DNA of 44,128 bases from a virus. Its lineage: Duplodnaviria > Caudoviricetes. The notes under the pieces are model-generated. The model was given only the letters and a program-made list of their open reading frames with translations, was not told the origin of the DNA and searched no databases. This document shows, piece after piece, positions 1 through 9,397 of this stretch. Both the position numbers and the translations under genes were made by a program. The stretch lies in IMG/VR virus record IMGVR_UViG_3300025646_000087, positions 1 to 44,128 of that record. One strand, given 5' to 3'. Numbering within the stretch: position 1 is the first letter of the stretch; every line of letters starts with the position of its first letter.

Positions 1-169
1 ATGAATATAAACCACCTTGAAGCCATACGGTTGTTAAAGCGGTGCCGACAGCAGAATTAAAGCCAAACTTGTGTATGCTTTCGTGAAAACTTATTTGATC
101 TCTAGCAACTTGTAATTCAAAAGGCTCGGAAGTGCCAACCCTTGTAATTGATGATACTTCCTGAGCCAT
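1..169 (-). CDS. Putative virion protein, N-terminal part (runs off window edge)
   Basis: Not in ORF track. ATG at 169, open to base 1: MAQEVSSITRVGTSEPFELQVARDQISFHESIHKFGLNSAVGTALTTVWLQGGLYS; 3 nt after the stop of 173..472. Confidence 0.7.
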   Translation of the reverse strand, partial: MAQEVSSITRVGTSEPFELQVARDQISFHESIHKFGFNSAVGTALTTVWLQGGLYS

Positions 170-172
170 AAC

Positions 173-472
173 TTATGAATGAAAAACAGTTACTCTGTCT
201 ATATTACTTAATACAACGTGAATACCGTCTTCAAATAAAACTCCTGAATCAGGGATATTTAAAGTTTCGGTATCGTTAGCGTTGCAAGGAGCAATTAATA
301 AAGTTGAGCCTGTAACAGTTCCGTTTCTAAAAGTAACGGTTCCGTCTGTAGCTCCACCTGCAATAATGTATCCTCTTAATCTAGATCTACCAGATACTAA
401 AGAAGCTCCACCAGTTGCACCAGTAGCAGTCGTAGCTGTTTTAACATCAGATCCTACAATTCTACCTGCCAT
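173..472 (-). CDS. Small putative virion structural protein
   Basis: 99 aa, G/T/V-rich beta-type composition, RBS AGGAG, downstream of capsid gene. Confidence 0.6.
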   Translation of the reverse strand: MAGRIVGSDVKTATTATGATGGASLVSGRSRLRGYIIAGGATDGTVTFRNGTVTGSTLLIAPCNANDTETLNIPDSGVLFEDGIHVVLSNIDRVTVFHS

Positions 473-484
473 TATTTACTCCTG

Positions 485-949
485 TTAAACGGACTCAGCG
501 CCGTTGTTATAAACAGTATAAGTAAAGATACCTGTTACGGTTCCGCTAGTAGCTGCTGAAGCTCCAACGTTAGCTGTTACAGTTGTTTGCGCAGAAATAC
601 CAGTTCCTACTACCAACGCACCATCAGCACCTTTTAAAGTACCTTTAGTATCAGCATCAACTTCATTGAAGAATCCATCAGGATCAGCAGATGAACCGAT
701 ATCTACAGTTGGAGAAGTACCACCAGCTGCACCGCCTAAAGATAAGAATGAAATAGGAACTGCTCCGGCTGGAAGAGTAAAGAGCTCTCCTGCTGAAGAA
801 GATGTTCCAATTCTTACGTTGGTAGCACCTGTAGCTGTTGGGCTAAAAGAAATGGTTTCTGACAAAGTAACAACGCCTGGAGTAACTCCATCGCCTTTAT
901 CAGCACCGCCATAGGATCTTACGATTCCTTGAAATGTATTTGTTGCCAT
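485..949 (-). CDS. Putative capsid decoration/virion protein
   Basis: 154 aa, G/A/T-rich, RBS AGGAG, head module position. Confidence 0.55.
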   Translation of the reverse strand: MATNTFQGIVRSYGGADKGDGVTPGVVTLSETISFSPTATGATNVRIGTSSSAGELFTLPAGAVPISFLSLGGAAGGTSPTVDIGSSADPDGFFNEVDADTKGTLKGADGALVVGTGISAQTTVTANVGASAATSGTVTGIFTYTVYNNGAESV

Positions 950-954
950 ATATG

Positions 955-1030
955 GTCTCCTAAAATAGCCATACCATCTTTGGAGTTATCTGCCGAGCCA
1001 GTTGGTATAGCCGATTATCTCGGTTTACCT
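955..1030 (-). ncRNA. Structured leader RNA, probable Mu-gpT-DE-like motif
   Basis: 10-bp stem GGCUAUACCA(1012-1003)/UGGUAUGGCU(976-967) with G-U pairs only on minus strand; inner CUG-GCUCGG-CAG hairpin whose loop can pair with CCGAG (1023-1019); lies downstream of a Mu gpT-like capsid gene. Confidence 0.55.
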
Positions 1031-1031
1031 A

Positions 1032-1037
1032 AGTATA
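1032..1037 (-). promoter_or_regulatory. Putative -10 box TATACT in front of the structured RNA
   Basis: TATACT immediately 5' of the RNA element; no convincing -35. Confidence 0.4.
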
Positions 1038-1045
1038 GTCTTTTA

Positions 1046-1459
1046 TTAGTCTTGAGGAAAGTTTTCTTTGGATTTAAGAATGGATTCTCTAGAATTAAAT
1101 AAAGCTTGATAAGATTCTTTAATAGATGGATCTTTTCCAAATTCATCCATCATATCTTTGCCTACCATTTCAATAAGAGCTTGAATAGTAGTAAGCCTGC
1201 CTTTGATATCATCTATTTTGCTTAAATCTTTCACTTTTATATTTGCCTCTAATTTTTGTCTTATATCATAGCCTTTTAGCCAATTTTTTACATTTATTCC
1301 TTTTTTTTCAAATTCAGAATAACTTTCCCAATCGCGTATTTCTTCTATATTTCTACCACATCCTTGGCAAATTTCGTCAAAGGGAGCCATAGACGTTGTA
1401 CAACGTCCTGTACAGGGAGAGTTTGCTAGAGACAAACTCGAATGTAAACCAGTATTCAT
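1046..1459 (-). CDS. DUF1289-like Cys-cluster (putative Fe-S/metal-binding) protein with C-terminal helical extension
   Basis: SPCTGRC...C.GCGR..EEI..W motif. Confidence 0.7.
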   Translation of the reverse strand: MNTGLHSSLSLANSPCTGRCTTSMAPFDEICQGCGRNIEEIRDWESYSEFEKKGINVKNWLKGYDIRQKLEANIKVKDLSKIDDIKGRLTTIQALIEMVGKDMMDEFGKDPSIKESYQALFNSRESILKSKENFPQD

Positions 1460-1542
1460 ATAATATATTTATTTGGTTTACCTTGATTCTACAATAAGAA
1501 TCAATTTAAAGGTAGCTTTTTGTAACTTTTATTTTTTTACTT

Positions 1543-1572
1543 AAAAAAGAAAGGGAGCCGAAGCTCCCTTTC
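1543..1572 (-). terminator. Rho-independent terminator after major capsid gene
   Basis: GAAAGGGAGC-UUCG-GCUCCCUUUC followed by U6. Confidence 0.9.
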
Positions 1573-1606
1573 AGTAGGTTAAACAACCCACCCCGAAAAA
1601 TCGGTA

Positions 1607-2515
1607 TTAAGCACCTTGAGATGCAAATACACATCTCCAGTTTGACCACCCGAAGGAGTATCTTTCTCTAGCTTTGTAACGCATGTTACCAGTATCGAAA
1701 TCACCTTCTAATGCAGTTTGCATTGGGCTTCTTTGGAAGTGCTTGAATCCATCTGGACAGTCGGTTTTGACAAACCAAGCATCGCTATCTGTCAAATAAT
1801 GGTTTACAACGTAGCCTTGTGGCAACATTCCCATATTTTTCATAGCGTTGATGTCATTGTCAGCTGTGCCAACTCTTCCTGGAGTCATTAACAATCTATC
1901 AGCAATAAATTGTAATTGTGGTGGAACAATCAACTTGCTACCTTGTAGAGCAATCGCTAGATTTCTGTCATCAGTTAAAGTTGAGATAGAAATAAGAGCG
2001 TCTTCTAATGAAGTCTCATTAAGGTCGGTGTAAGTTGAAGGTCTGTTGCTTGATGTTCCGCCGCCACCGAGTGGGTGAGCATTAGAAACAAGAGCAACAC
2101 CATCACCACCAGTATAACTGCTGCTGAAAGCGTTATTTAATACTGAAGCAGCTTTAATTTGCTTAGTATTTGCCATAGATCTAGCTAGAGCTTTTGTATA
2201 TCTAGCACCAAGTCTATCGTAAAGATTATCTTCAATTGCTTCTTCTGTTAGAGCAAAAGCAAGAGCTACAGTTTCGTGGCTGTAACGTGAAGTATAGCCT
2301 TCGGTGGCGTTATCAAATGAAACACCAGCTCCTTCAGCTTTTACTTGAGCGTTACCAAATCCAACGATCAATACCTCTTCTTCAAAAGCTCTGTCTGAAG
2401 ATTCAGTTTCAAAGATTTCTTCGTGTTCTGAGTCGTACCTAGCGTACTCCATGCCAAACAAGGCATTCAAACCAGGCTCGAGCTCTTTTGCTAATTGTGA
2501 ACGATTAATTGCCAT
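1607..2515 (-). CDS. Major capsid protein (Mu gpT-like, HK97 fold)
   Basis: 302 aa; MAINRSQLAKELEPGLNALFG start and DFDTGNMRYKARERYSFGWS end typical of this capsid family; strong terminator follows. Confidence 0.9.
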   Translation of the reverse strand: MAINRSQLAKELEPGLNALFGMEYARYDSEHEEIFETESSDRAFEEEVLIVGFGNAQVKAEGAGVSFDNATEGYTSRYSHETVALAFALTEEAIEDNLYDRLGARYTKALARSMANTKQIKAASVLNNAFSSSYTGGDGVALVSNAHPLGGGGTSSNRPSTYTDLNETSLEDALISISTLTDDRNLAIALQGSKLIVPPQLQFIADRLLMTPGRVGTADNDINAMKNMGMLPQGYVVNHYLTDSDAWFVKTDCPDGFKHFQRSPMQTALEGDFDTGNMRYKARERYSFGWSNWRCVFASQGA

Positions 2516-2517
2516 GA

Positions 2518-3096
2518 TTAGACTCCTACTGTTTGAGCATAGAAGTGCTCGTTAATTTTGACAATCATGTTGACATTTGCAGACTGAGATCCAGTACCTA
2601 AAGTATTGTTGTCAGGATCACCTGAGAAACCAACAATTCTTAATTGTGCTGAAGTCGCTGCAGTTGTTCCAGAAATCTCTACAGCAGAGATTCCAGTCTT
2701 GGTTGAGCCAGAAGTGTAAACGATGTCAGCGTTGTTACCTACTACGGTTTGAACAACTGAACCAGTCGCTGCACTTTGAACTTCAAACAAGGCATTCGGA
2801 TCGTCAACTACGAAAGCCACCGCATCTGATGTCACAGTACCACTTGGCCAGTAAGCTGAAAAAATCACCTCACCGTTTGAGTTGGTATATTGACATCCCC
2901 TAAAAACGCCTAGAGCTTGATCGCCAGCAGCAGCTACTAAAATAGTACCTGTATTAGCCATCTTAACTAGGTCGCCTGAAAAGATATTTCCGGACGCGCC
3001 AGAAGCAATTTTGTATTCGGTAGTTCCTGCAGAATTATAACCCGAACCTAATTCGCCAACTGGTTTTAGACCGAAAGGTGCATCTTTGTTAGCCAT
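2518..3096 (-). CDS. Putative head decoration/minor capsid protein
   Basis: 192 aa, MANKDAPFGLKP start, IFSGDLV motif, directly upstream of capsid gene. Confidence 0.65.
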   Translation of the reverse strand: MANKDAPFGLKPVGELGSGYNSAGTTEYKIASGASGNIFSGDLVKMANTGTILVAAAGDQALGVFRGCQYTNSNGEVIFSAYWPSGTVTSDAVAFVVDDPNALFEVQSAATGSVVQTVVGNNADIVYTSGSTKTGISAVEISGTTAATSAQLRIVGFSGDPDNNTLGTGSQSANVNMIVKINEHFYAQTVGV

Positions 3097-3137
3097 AATA
3101 TTACCTTTTATCTAAAAAGTTTCTAAAAGTGAAAAGA

Positions 3138-3611
3138 TTAATTTCTCTTTCCACCACCAAAAGTAACGCTTGAACTTCTCTGAGGTTTTAATATCGGAGA
3201 AGATGGATCAGATTCCTTCATCAAATCATTATCAATTGCATCCTGTTGAGATTGCGCACGACCTGAAAAGTAGGCGTTCCTTTCGTCACGTGTTTCATTG
3301 GGAATCTTAGCCAAAAGCAAACCACCCACGGCTACAACACCAGCGTGCCTTCCATCGTCCATCGTTGGAAGTTCAAAGTCTCCTATCTCTTCTTTACGTA
3401 CTAGCTCAAAGCCTTCACGTAATCTTGACATAACATTCTTTTTATCTTCCTGACCGACAATCTCGGCTCTTATCCACCTGTAGGTATATCCTTCAGGTGC
3501 TGGTGGTGTCTCCAACATAGATGGGGGACGCCAAGGTTTGCGAGCGCTTGTACTAGCTCGAGTATCTGCAGAACGTGGTGTTCTGTTATCTGTTTTTATT
3601 TTATCTGTCAT
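3138..3611 (-). CDS. Conserved head-module hypothetical protein
   Basis: 157 aa; W.PPS.L..P.APEGY.YRWIR and GGLLLAKIP motifs; between scaffold and capsid. Confidence 0.65.
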   Translation of the reverse strand: MTDKIKTDNRTPRSADTRASTSARKPWRPPSMLETPPAPEGYTYRWIRAEIVGQEDKKNVMSRLREGFELVRKEEIGDFELPTMDDGRHAGVVAVGGLLLAKIPNETRDERNAYFSGRAQSQQDAIDNDLMKESDPSSPILKPQRSSSVTFGGGKRN

Positions 3612-3616
3612 AGTCC

Positions 3617-4525
3617 TTACCTTTTAATATATTTAGCATATTCTTGAACTGGAACATTCAAACGACGTGCCATTTCAACTTCGCTTTTGGTAAGTCTAAC
3701 TTGTCGTTTGCGTCCAGAGCCATCAGATCTAACAGCTGGAGCAACGGTTTGTTGCATCCTGCTTTTGGTCTTTTCCCCACTAAACTTATGAGGAAATTCA
3801 GCTCTGATACGTTTATCTATCTCATCATAATACATTGAATCGCTAGGATCAAATCCTTCTTCTTCAATTAATTTACGATGAATGTTAAAAGCAGCTAAAG
3901 TCATAGTTTCGTCTTCACCAAACCAAGCATTTTTTTCTGCCCAGTCTTGAGCAGCAGGGTCTGGCTCAGGCGCTGCTTGCGGCTGCTGAAATTGTTGAAA
4001 CTGTTGAGGATTGTAATTTTGGTAAGTAGGTTCAGGCTGTTCAGACTTCATTCTATTATTTACCAATTTACTTTCTTCAACAGTAATCTTATCTAAAATT
4101 TCTTGGGCTTTCGTTACCTTATCCCAATCTTGATCTTGATAAGCTTGTTTTAAAACTGCATTTGCTTGAGCTCTTTGAGATTTAAGCCTACTTTCAGCTT
4201 CACCAAAATAACTTTTATTTAGCTGAGATGTACTACTTTTCAGTCTATCATTTTCAACTTGTAAGTTTTTGGCATATTCGTATGCTGATTGCGCAGCTCT
4301 TTCTTGCTCTCGCATTTTTTTAGTAAGCGTAGCAATACGCTTTTGAACGCTTTTAGAGTAATCCTCTAATTCGTCTTCTTTACTAGCTTTCTGCCCTTCT
4401 TCGGCAGAAACATCTTCGACTGCTTCATTAGCATCAGAATCATCAGATTCTGTAACATCTAATTCAACAAGTTCGCCTTCGTCTTCTAGTCTTTCTTCTA
4501 TTTGATTTGTTGCTTCTTCTTGCAT
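3617..4525 (-). CDS. Putative capsid scaffolding protein
   Basis: Acidic N-terminus, long coiled coil, W...N.WFG motif, C-terminal helix-loop-helix (LTKSEVEMARRLNVPVQEYAK); position. Confidence 0.7.
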   Translation of the reverse strand: MQEEATNQIEERLEDEGELVELDVTESDDSDANEAVEDVSAEEGQKASKEDELEDYSKSVQKRIATLTKKMREQERAAQSAYEYAKNLQVENDRLKSSTSQLNKSYFGEAESRLKSQRAQANAVLKQAYQDQDWDKVTKAQEILDKITVEESKLVNNRMKSEQPEPTYQNYNPQQFQQFQQPQAAPEPDPAAQDWAEKNAWFGEDETMTLAAFNIHRKLIEEEGFDPSDSMYYDEIDKRIRAEFPHKFSGEKTKSRMQQTVAPAVRSDGSGRKRQVRLTKSEVEMARRLNVPVQEYAKYIKR

Positions 4526-4537
4526 GATTTCCTCACG

Positions 4538-5044
4538 TTATAGCGTAACGATATCGTCCGGATCTGCGATCGTCGCGATTACTTCGTCGTCGTTTATTAT
4601 TCGGCATTCAGCATCATCGCCTAATTTAAAGCGAGCTCCTGCATACCGTCCTATTAGCACCCAGCTTCTTTCTTGACACCAGGGTGTGTCTCCAAATTTA
4701 TCTTTGTCTTTATAACAAAGCGGTCCCATCTTGACCACATACGCAACAACAGAAGCTAAAGCCTCTCTGTCAACAGTATCTTTTACAAGCGTGATTCCAC
4801 CTTTGGATACTCCTCGACCGCGATACGGAAGTATCAACATACGCCAGCCGCTAGGACTTGGCATACGCTCGATCAAAGATTTAGACATCAGGGTTGGGTC
4901 TAATACTCTTTCGTCGGGACTAACAAAAGCAGAATCTACTTCTGATTTGCTTTCCTCAACTTTTTTTTCCTGATTAGCTTTTGCAGCTTCTAGTTCTACT
5001 TCAGCAGCAATATGGTCAGGTACCAGTACTCTCTTCTCCGTCAT
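4538..5044 (-). CDS. groES: GroES/Cpn10-like co-chaperonin
   Basis: P.GWRMLI, SKGGITL mobile loop, VVKMGP, GRYAGAR, RIINDDEVIA. Confidence 0.8.
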   Translation of the reverse strand: MTEKRVLVPDHIAAEVELEAAKANQEKKVEESKSEVDSAFVSPDERVLDPTLMSKSLIERMPSPSGWRMLILPYRGRGVSKGGITLVKDTVDREALASVVAYVVKMGPLCYKDKDKFGDTPWCQERSWVLIGRYAGARFKLGDDAECRIINDDEVIATIADPDDIVTL

Positions 5045-5228
5045 CTTCTACTATCCTTTTTAGCAATTCTCTTAACTCTGATTCTACGTCGTCGAGAGAA
5101 TTGTAGCGACCACGTAAAAATTGATAATCCTCAAAAGACTTAACCCCATTTAATAACTGGGCGTTAATATCTTCTTTCTTCTCCTTTAGCCGTTTCTTTA
5201 AATTGTCGGCCAACCAAATTGTTGACAT
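5016..5228 (-). CDS. Hypothetical helical protein
   Basis: 70 aa, tightly packed in head operon. Confidence 0.65.
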   Translation of the reverse strand: MSTIWLADNLKKRLKEKKEDINAQLLNGVKSFEDYQFLRGRYNSLDDVESELRELLKRIVEDDGEESTGT

Positions 5229-5234
5229 TTATTC

Positions 5235-5435
5235 TTAGTATATACCTGAGAATTTTCCGCCAAATTCTGCTTCGCCCATACCTCTTGCTTTACCTTTGCC
5301 CATACCTGGCTTAGATGAAGCGTCAGCGTTGACGTTTTTCATATCGTTAAAAGCAACGCTACCCTTATTTGAGTAAGGTTGTTTTTTTAATATTTTAGGA
5401 GTTTCTAAATTTTTTATTTCAGTTCTTTTAATCAT
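5235..5435 (-). CDS. Small basic hypothetical protein
   Basis: 66 aa, K/G-rich, C-terminal KARGMG.AEFGGKFSGIY. Confidence 0.65.
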   Translation of the reverse strand: MIKRTEIKNLETPKILKKQPYSNKGSVAFNDMKNVNADASSKPGMGKGKARGMGEAEFGGKFSGIY

Positions 5436-5438
5436 TTG

Positions 5439-7934
5439 TTACCTAAATTGACTTAATCCTAAGTCTATTAATTTTAATTCCTTTTGTTGATCAAGTCTAT
5501 CTTGAGCAGTATCGTCCTTCATTCTAGCAATATTGCGTTGAACGTCAATTCTTTCTCTATCAATCTGATCTTGTCTCATCTTTTCTTCCATTCTTAATCT
5601 TTCTTTTATTTCAAATTGATCTCTGTCTTGTTGCAATTCTTGACCTTTGAGCGCAAGTTCTTGTTTTCTAATTTCAACCAGCGGATCTTCTTGAGGAGGT
5701 GTTGCAACTTGTTGAGCAAATTGAGTCATTAATTCAGTCATTATTGGAGAGCTGAATTGAGCCAATAAATCGTTTGCTTGCTGCAATAAAGGAGCTGCCT
5801 CAACTGGAGACATTTGCTGAGCTTGTTGTTGTAATTGTTGATATTGTTGTAAAGCTTCTGGAGGCATTTGTTGTTGCGCAATTAAATCAGCTTTCATTTG
5901 CAAATGTTGCATGATATGTGCATGTATATTAGCTTGCACTTGCGCATTCATTTGTACCGGAGGCATGTTAAGTAAATTAACGTGCGTTGCGATATGGGCA
6001 TCATGGTTTTGTTGTATAAATGCTTGAGCTGGTCCACCTGATAATAAACCTGAATTTTCAAAACCAGCTTCTATAGGTTTTGGTTCTGTATCGGGTGGTG
6101 GAATTAATAGCGCATCTATATTGTCTACACCTAAAGCTGCATACATTCTTCGGTATGCTTCGTACACGCCATTAGGACCATGTACTTGAGGATTAGACTG
6201 AACTAACTGCATCATCTCTTGAGCCATTACTATTCTTTGGCTGGTTGAGAAAATATCAGGATTAGAAACTGGAAATACATCTACTCTGTCATCAAAGTCA
6301 GCTTGTTTAATTTCCATCTGGCCGCCTGATACCGCATATGGATAAACTGGAGGAAGACTATCGGCAAATATTCTTGCTAATAAATTAAATTCTTTTTTCT
6401 GAGCAGAATGAAGGCGTTTATGAATAGCAGACAATACCTTGGTAGATCTTTCTAGTAAAGCTAAAGTTGTTCCTACAGGAGCTTGCGAATTTCCTTCGCC
6501 AACATTTATTTCAGCAATAGATGCAAATCTTTGTCCGTTTTGAACCAATATCCCTAATAGTTGTAATAAAGTTCCACTTGGTTCTTTGAATGGTAAAGGT
6601 TGAATAGCATCTCTTAAAGAACCTGCTGGAGCATCCACATCTCTAAATTCGCCTGGCTGAATTGGAGAATCTTCATCTCTAATTCTAATACCTCTAGTTT
6701 TAAAACCAGCCGGTAAATTAGATAAAGTACCAGCATCAATTAATTGTCTGATAATTGAAGTTGAGGCTTTAGATAAACCTCCAATCATATGAGTTAAACC
6801 AAATCCATAAAAACCTAGTCCAGGCAAAAATTTAAAATGAACAAAGTATTCGATCTTTTCTTTCATTGGATCGTCTTCAACAAAGTTTCTTCTAATAGCT
6901 AAAACATTTTCGCTGTTAGCATCTATCGTTACGATATAAGGCAATTTAACTTCGGTAAATTCACCATTTTCATCTTTGTCTTCAAAACCTTCTAAATCTA
7001 AATTGCAATGAACCTCGTATAAGTTACATACTTCACCAGTATCGTAAGATGGTCTCATTCCTTCTAAATCTTCTATTTCAGTTTTTAAACCTGAATCTTG
7101 GTTTGGCATATCAACGCCACTTACTTTAACGTTACGATAAAAACCAATTGCTTGTAATTTTTTAACATCATTCTCAGGCATCTTAATCAGATGCGTGATT
7201 CTAGGGCAAGATTCTAAATCGGTTGTATAGTAAGGAACGATTAAATCTTCAGGTGGAACAAACTTAGAAACAGCTCGTTGCATATTTTCGTCGTAATACA
7301 CTTTCTTAAATGCAGATCCTGCCAACGGTAAATAGAAAAGCATTTGATCTAATTCTTCGTCGTATTCTTCCATTACATGAACTATTTGATAGTTCATAAA
7401 TTCTTTAACGCGTTGAGCTTGTTCTTCTACTTGCGAATTATATTCACCAATAACTTGAGTTTTAACTGGTCCTTGAGGAGGCAATAATTCTTTGTAAGCT
7501 TGCGCTTGAAACTGAGTAACGGATTCTGCAAGCAAAGGATGGATAACTCCGCTTGCTCCTTGAAATGGCTCTGATCTTTCATCGTCAAACTTCATACCTA
7601 AATATTTCAATCCATCGGTATAAGTTTTTTCCCAATCTTCGCGAGCAGACTTATCGTTTTCGATCGCGGCCGTTAACTCTACATAAATTTTGTCTAATTC
7701 TTCTTCTGAAACAACCTCTGCTAAGTTTTCCCCAAAACCTAGCGAAGGCATGTCCACTTCTGGTTCACCTAAAATAACGGAACCGTCTTCTTGATATTGA
7801 ATACCTTCTTCTCCCAATCCTTCTAAAATATCAATAATTTGATCGTCAATATCTTCAACTGATTGAGAGGTTGTTAAATCTTGATTCAACTCTAGATTTT
7901 GAGCTGGATCTGGTACTTGTCTTTCTATTGCCAT
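5439..7934 (-). CDS. Portal protein (podovirus type with long C-terminal barrel)
   Basis: 831 aa directly after TerL; HPLLAESVTQFQA, LPLAGSAFKKVY, PGLGFYGFGL; Gln-rich coiled C-terminus. Confidence 0.88.
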   Translation of the reverse strand: MAIERQVPDPAQNLELNQDLTTSQSVEDIDDQIIDILEGLGEEGIQYQEDGSVILGEPEVDMPSLGFGENLAEVVSEEELDKIYVELTAAIENDKSAREDWEKTYTDGLKYLGMKFDDERSEPFQGASGVIHPLLAESVTQFQAQAYKELLPPQGPVKTQVIGEYNSQVEEQAQRVKEFMNYQIVHVMEEYDEELDQMLFYLPLAGSAFKKVYYDENMQRAVSKFVPPEDLIVPYYTTDLESCPRITHLIKMPENDVKKLQAIGFYRNVKVSGVDMPNQDSGLKTEIEDLEGMRPSYDTGEVCNLYEVHCNLDLEGFEDKDENGEFTEVKLPYIVTIDANSENVLAIRRNFVEDDPMKEKIEYFVHFKFLPGLGFYGFGLTHMIGGLSKASTSIIRQLIDAGTLSNLPAGFKTRGIRIRDEDSPIQPGEFRDVDAPAGSLRDAIQPLPFKEPSGTLLQLLGILVQNGQRFASIAEINVGEGNSQAPVGTTLALLERSTKVLSAIHKRLHSAQKKEFNLLARIFADSLPPVYPYAVSGGQMEIKQADFDDRVDVFPVSNPDIFSTSQRIVMAQEMMQLVQSNPQVHGPNGVYEAYRRMYAALGVDNIDALLIPPPDTEPKPIEAGFENSGLLSGGPAQAFIQQNHDAHIATHVNLLNMPPVQMNAQVQANIHAHIMQHLQMKADLIAQQQMPPEALQQYQQLQQQAQQMSPVEAAPLLQQANDLLAQFSSPIMTELMTQFAQQVATPPQEDPLVEIRKQELALKGQELQQDRDQFEIKERLRMEEKMRQDQIDRERIDVQRNIARMKDDTAQDRLDQQKELKLIDLGLSQFR

Positions 7935-9394
7935 TAGTAATAAACCCTTCTTCTTGGTTCTCTTTCCTCGTCTTCGTAGTCGCTGTCTAGATAAACAAAG
8001 CCGCCTTCACGGAATCGCATCAGCGCTTGAGTCATAGTATCACATAAATCGTCGTTAGCTCCAAATGGAAATGCAGCGCATTCTTCAATCATATCTTCTG
8101 CAAACATCATTTTGGGTGCCCAAACCATACCAGATTCAAAAATAGGTGCGACCGAGTGCATACGTGTTGTTTTATCGTGACCACGCGTGGGTGAGTAGTT
8201 TACAACAGGAATACCCATTCGTCTTAGTTCTTGCGTCAAAGGAGTTCCTGAAGCTTTTGCCTCAATCAATACCATATCAGTATCCCAATAACGATATTCA
8301 CGCATCGCTATTTCTTTTAATTCTGGAAAGTCCCATCTACCTTTTTGACAATCTAATAAAATAATAGATTCTGGAGCATCTTCAGATGGTTTAAAAACTC
8401 CCCAAGTAGATATTGCCGAATAGTCAGCTGTTTCTCTTTTAGAAAATGCAGTATCGTAACTTTGCATAATATAACTAACTTTTGGTAACGTATCATGTTC
8501 CCATCTTTGCCACCAATCTCGTTTGATAATTGAGCCTTCTTCAGCAGTTGGTTGTTGCATCCATTGCGCATTCCATTTCATTCCAGGCAAAGATGCTTTA
8601 ACTTTTAACAATTCATCTTTTGACCAAAATTCGGGCCAGAGAGGATCATCGGATTTAGGCAATATAGCTGGAAACTCTATTACTTCCCATTGATCAGCCA
8701 ACGGTTCTTTTTGCGCTTCTAAAAGTTTGGCTGTTAAATCAATAGCTGACCAACGCGTCATCACTATTACGATAGATCCTTTTGGTTGTAAACGCTGTCT
8801 AGGACCAGAGGTGTACCAATCCCAAGCACTTTCTAACGCTGTTGGCGAAAGCGCATCTTGTTCAGAATGTGGATCGTCAATTATCAATAAATCCGCACCC
8901 CGTCCAGTAACCGCTCCTCCTACACCAGCCGCAAAATATTCTCCCCCTTTATTCGTCTCCCAACGACCAGCAGATTTGTTATCGGCTTGCAACTCTACTT
9001 CTGGAAATACTTGTTTGTATTCTTTTTGCGCCATCAAGTTCCTAACTTTCCTACCAAACCTAACCGCAAGTTCACCGGTATGCGTCGTCTGCATTATTTT
9101 CATTTTAGGATTGAGACCCATTATCCAAGATGGAAAATAGGTCGAAGCAAATTCGGATTTGGTATGACGAGGCGGCATGTTAACGATCAAGCGTTTGCAC
9201 TTACCCGTTGCTACGTCCTCTAGTTTCTGCGCAAATATTTTATGGTGACGGCCGCAAATAAATTCTGGCCACATTTGATTAATATATTTCAAAAAGGATT
9301 TTTGGCATTCGTCTTGAACGCTATAGCCTTCTTGTTTTTCTAGCAAAAGCAGAGCTTCTTTGAGCTCTGATTCTGTCAAATGTGACAGGTCCAT
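7934..9394 (-). CDS. terL: Terminase large subunit
   Basis: Walker A MPPRHTKS, Walker B LLIIDDP, motif III VMTRW, nuclease acidic motifs YDTA, ADYSA, IEAKASG, NDDLCD. Confidence 0.95.
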   Translation of the reverse strand: MDLSHLTESELKEALLLLEKQEGYSVQDECQKSFLKYINQMWPEFICGRHHKIFAQKLEDVATGKCKRLIVNMPPRHTKSEFASTYFPSWIMGLNPKMKIMQTTHTGELAVRFGRKVRNLMAQKEYKQVFPEVELQADNKSAGRWETNKGGEYFAAGVGGAVTGRGADLLIIDDPHSEQDALSPTALESAWDWYTSGPRQRLQPKGSIVIVMTRWSAIDLTAKLLEAQKEPLADQWEVIEFPAILPKSDDPLWPEFWSKDELLKVKASLPGMKWNAQWMQQPTAEEGSIIKRDWWQRWEHDTLPKVSYIMQSYDTAFSKRETADYSAISTWGVFKPSEDAPESIILLDCQKGRWDFPELKEIAMREYRYWDTDMVLIEAKASGTPLTQELRRMGIPVVNYSPTRGHDKTTRMHSVAPIFESGMVWAPKMMFAEDMIEECAAFPFGANDDLCDTMTQALMRFREGGFVYLDSDYEDEEREPRRRVYY

Positions 9395-9397
9395 ACT

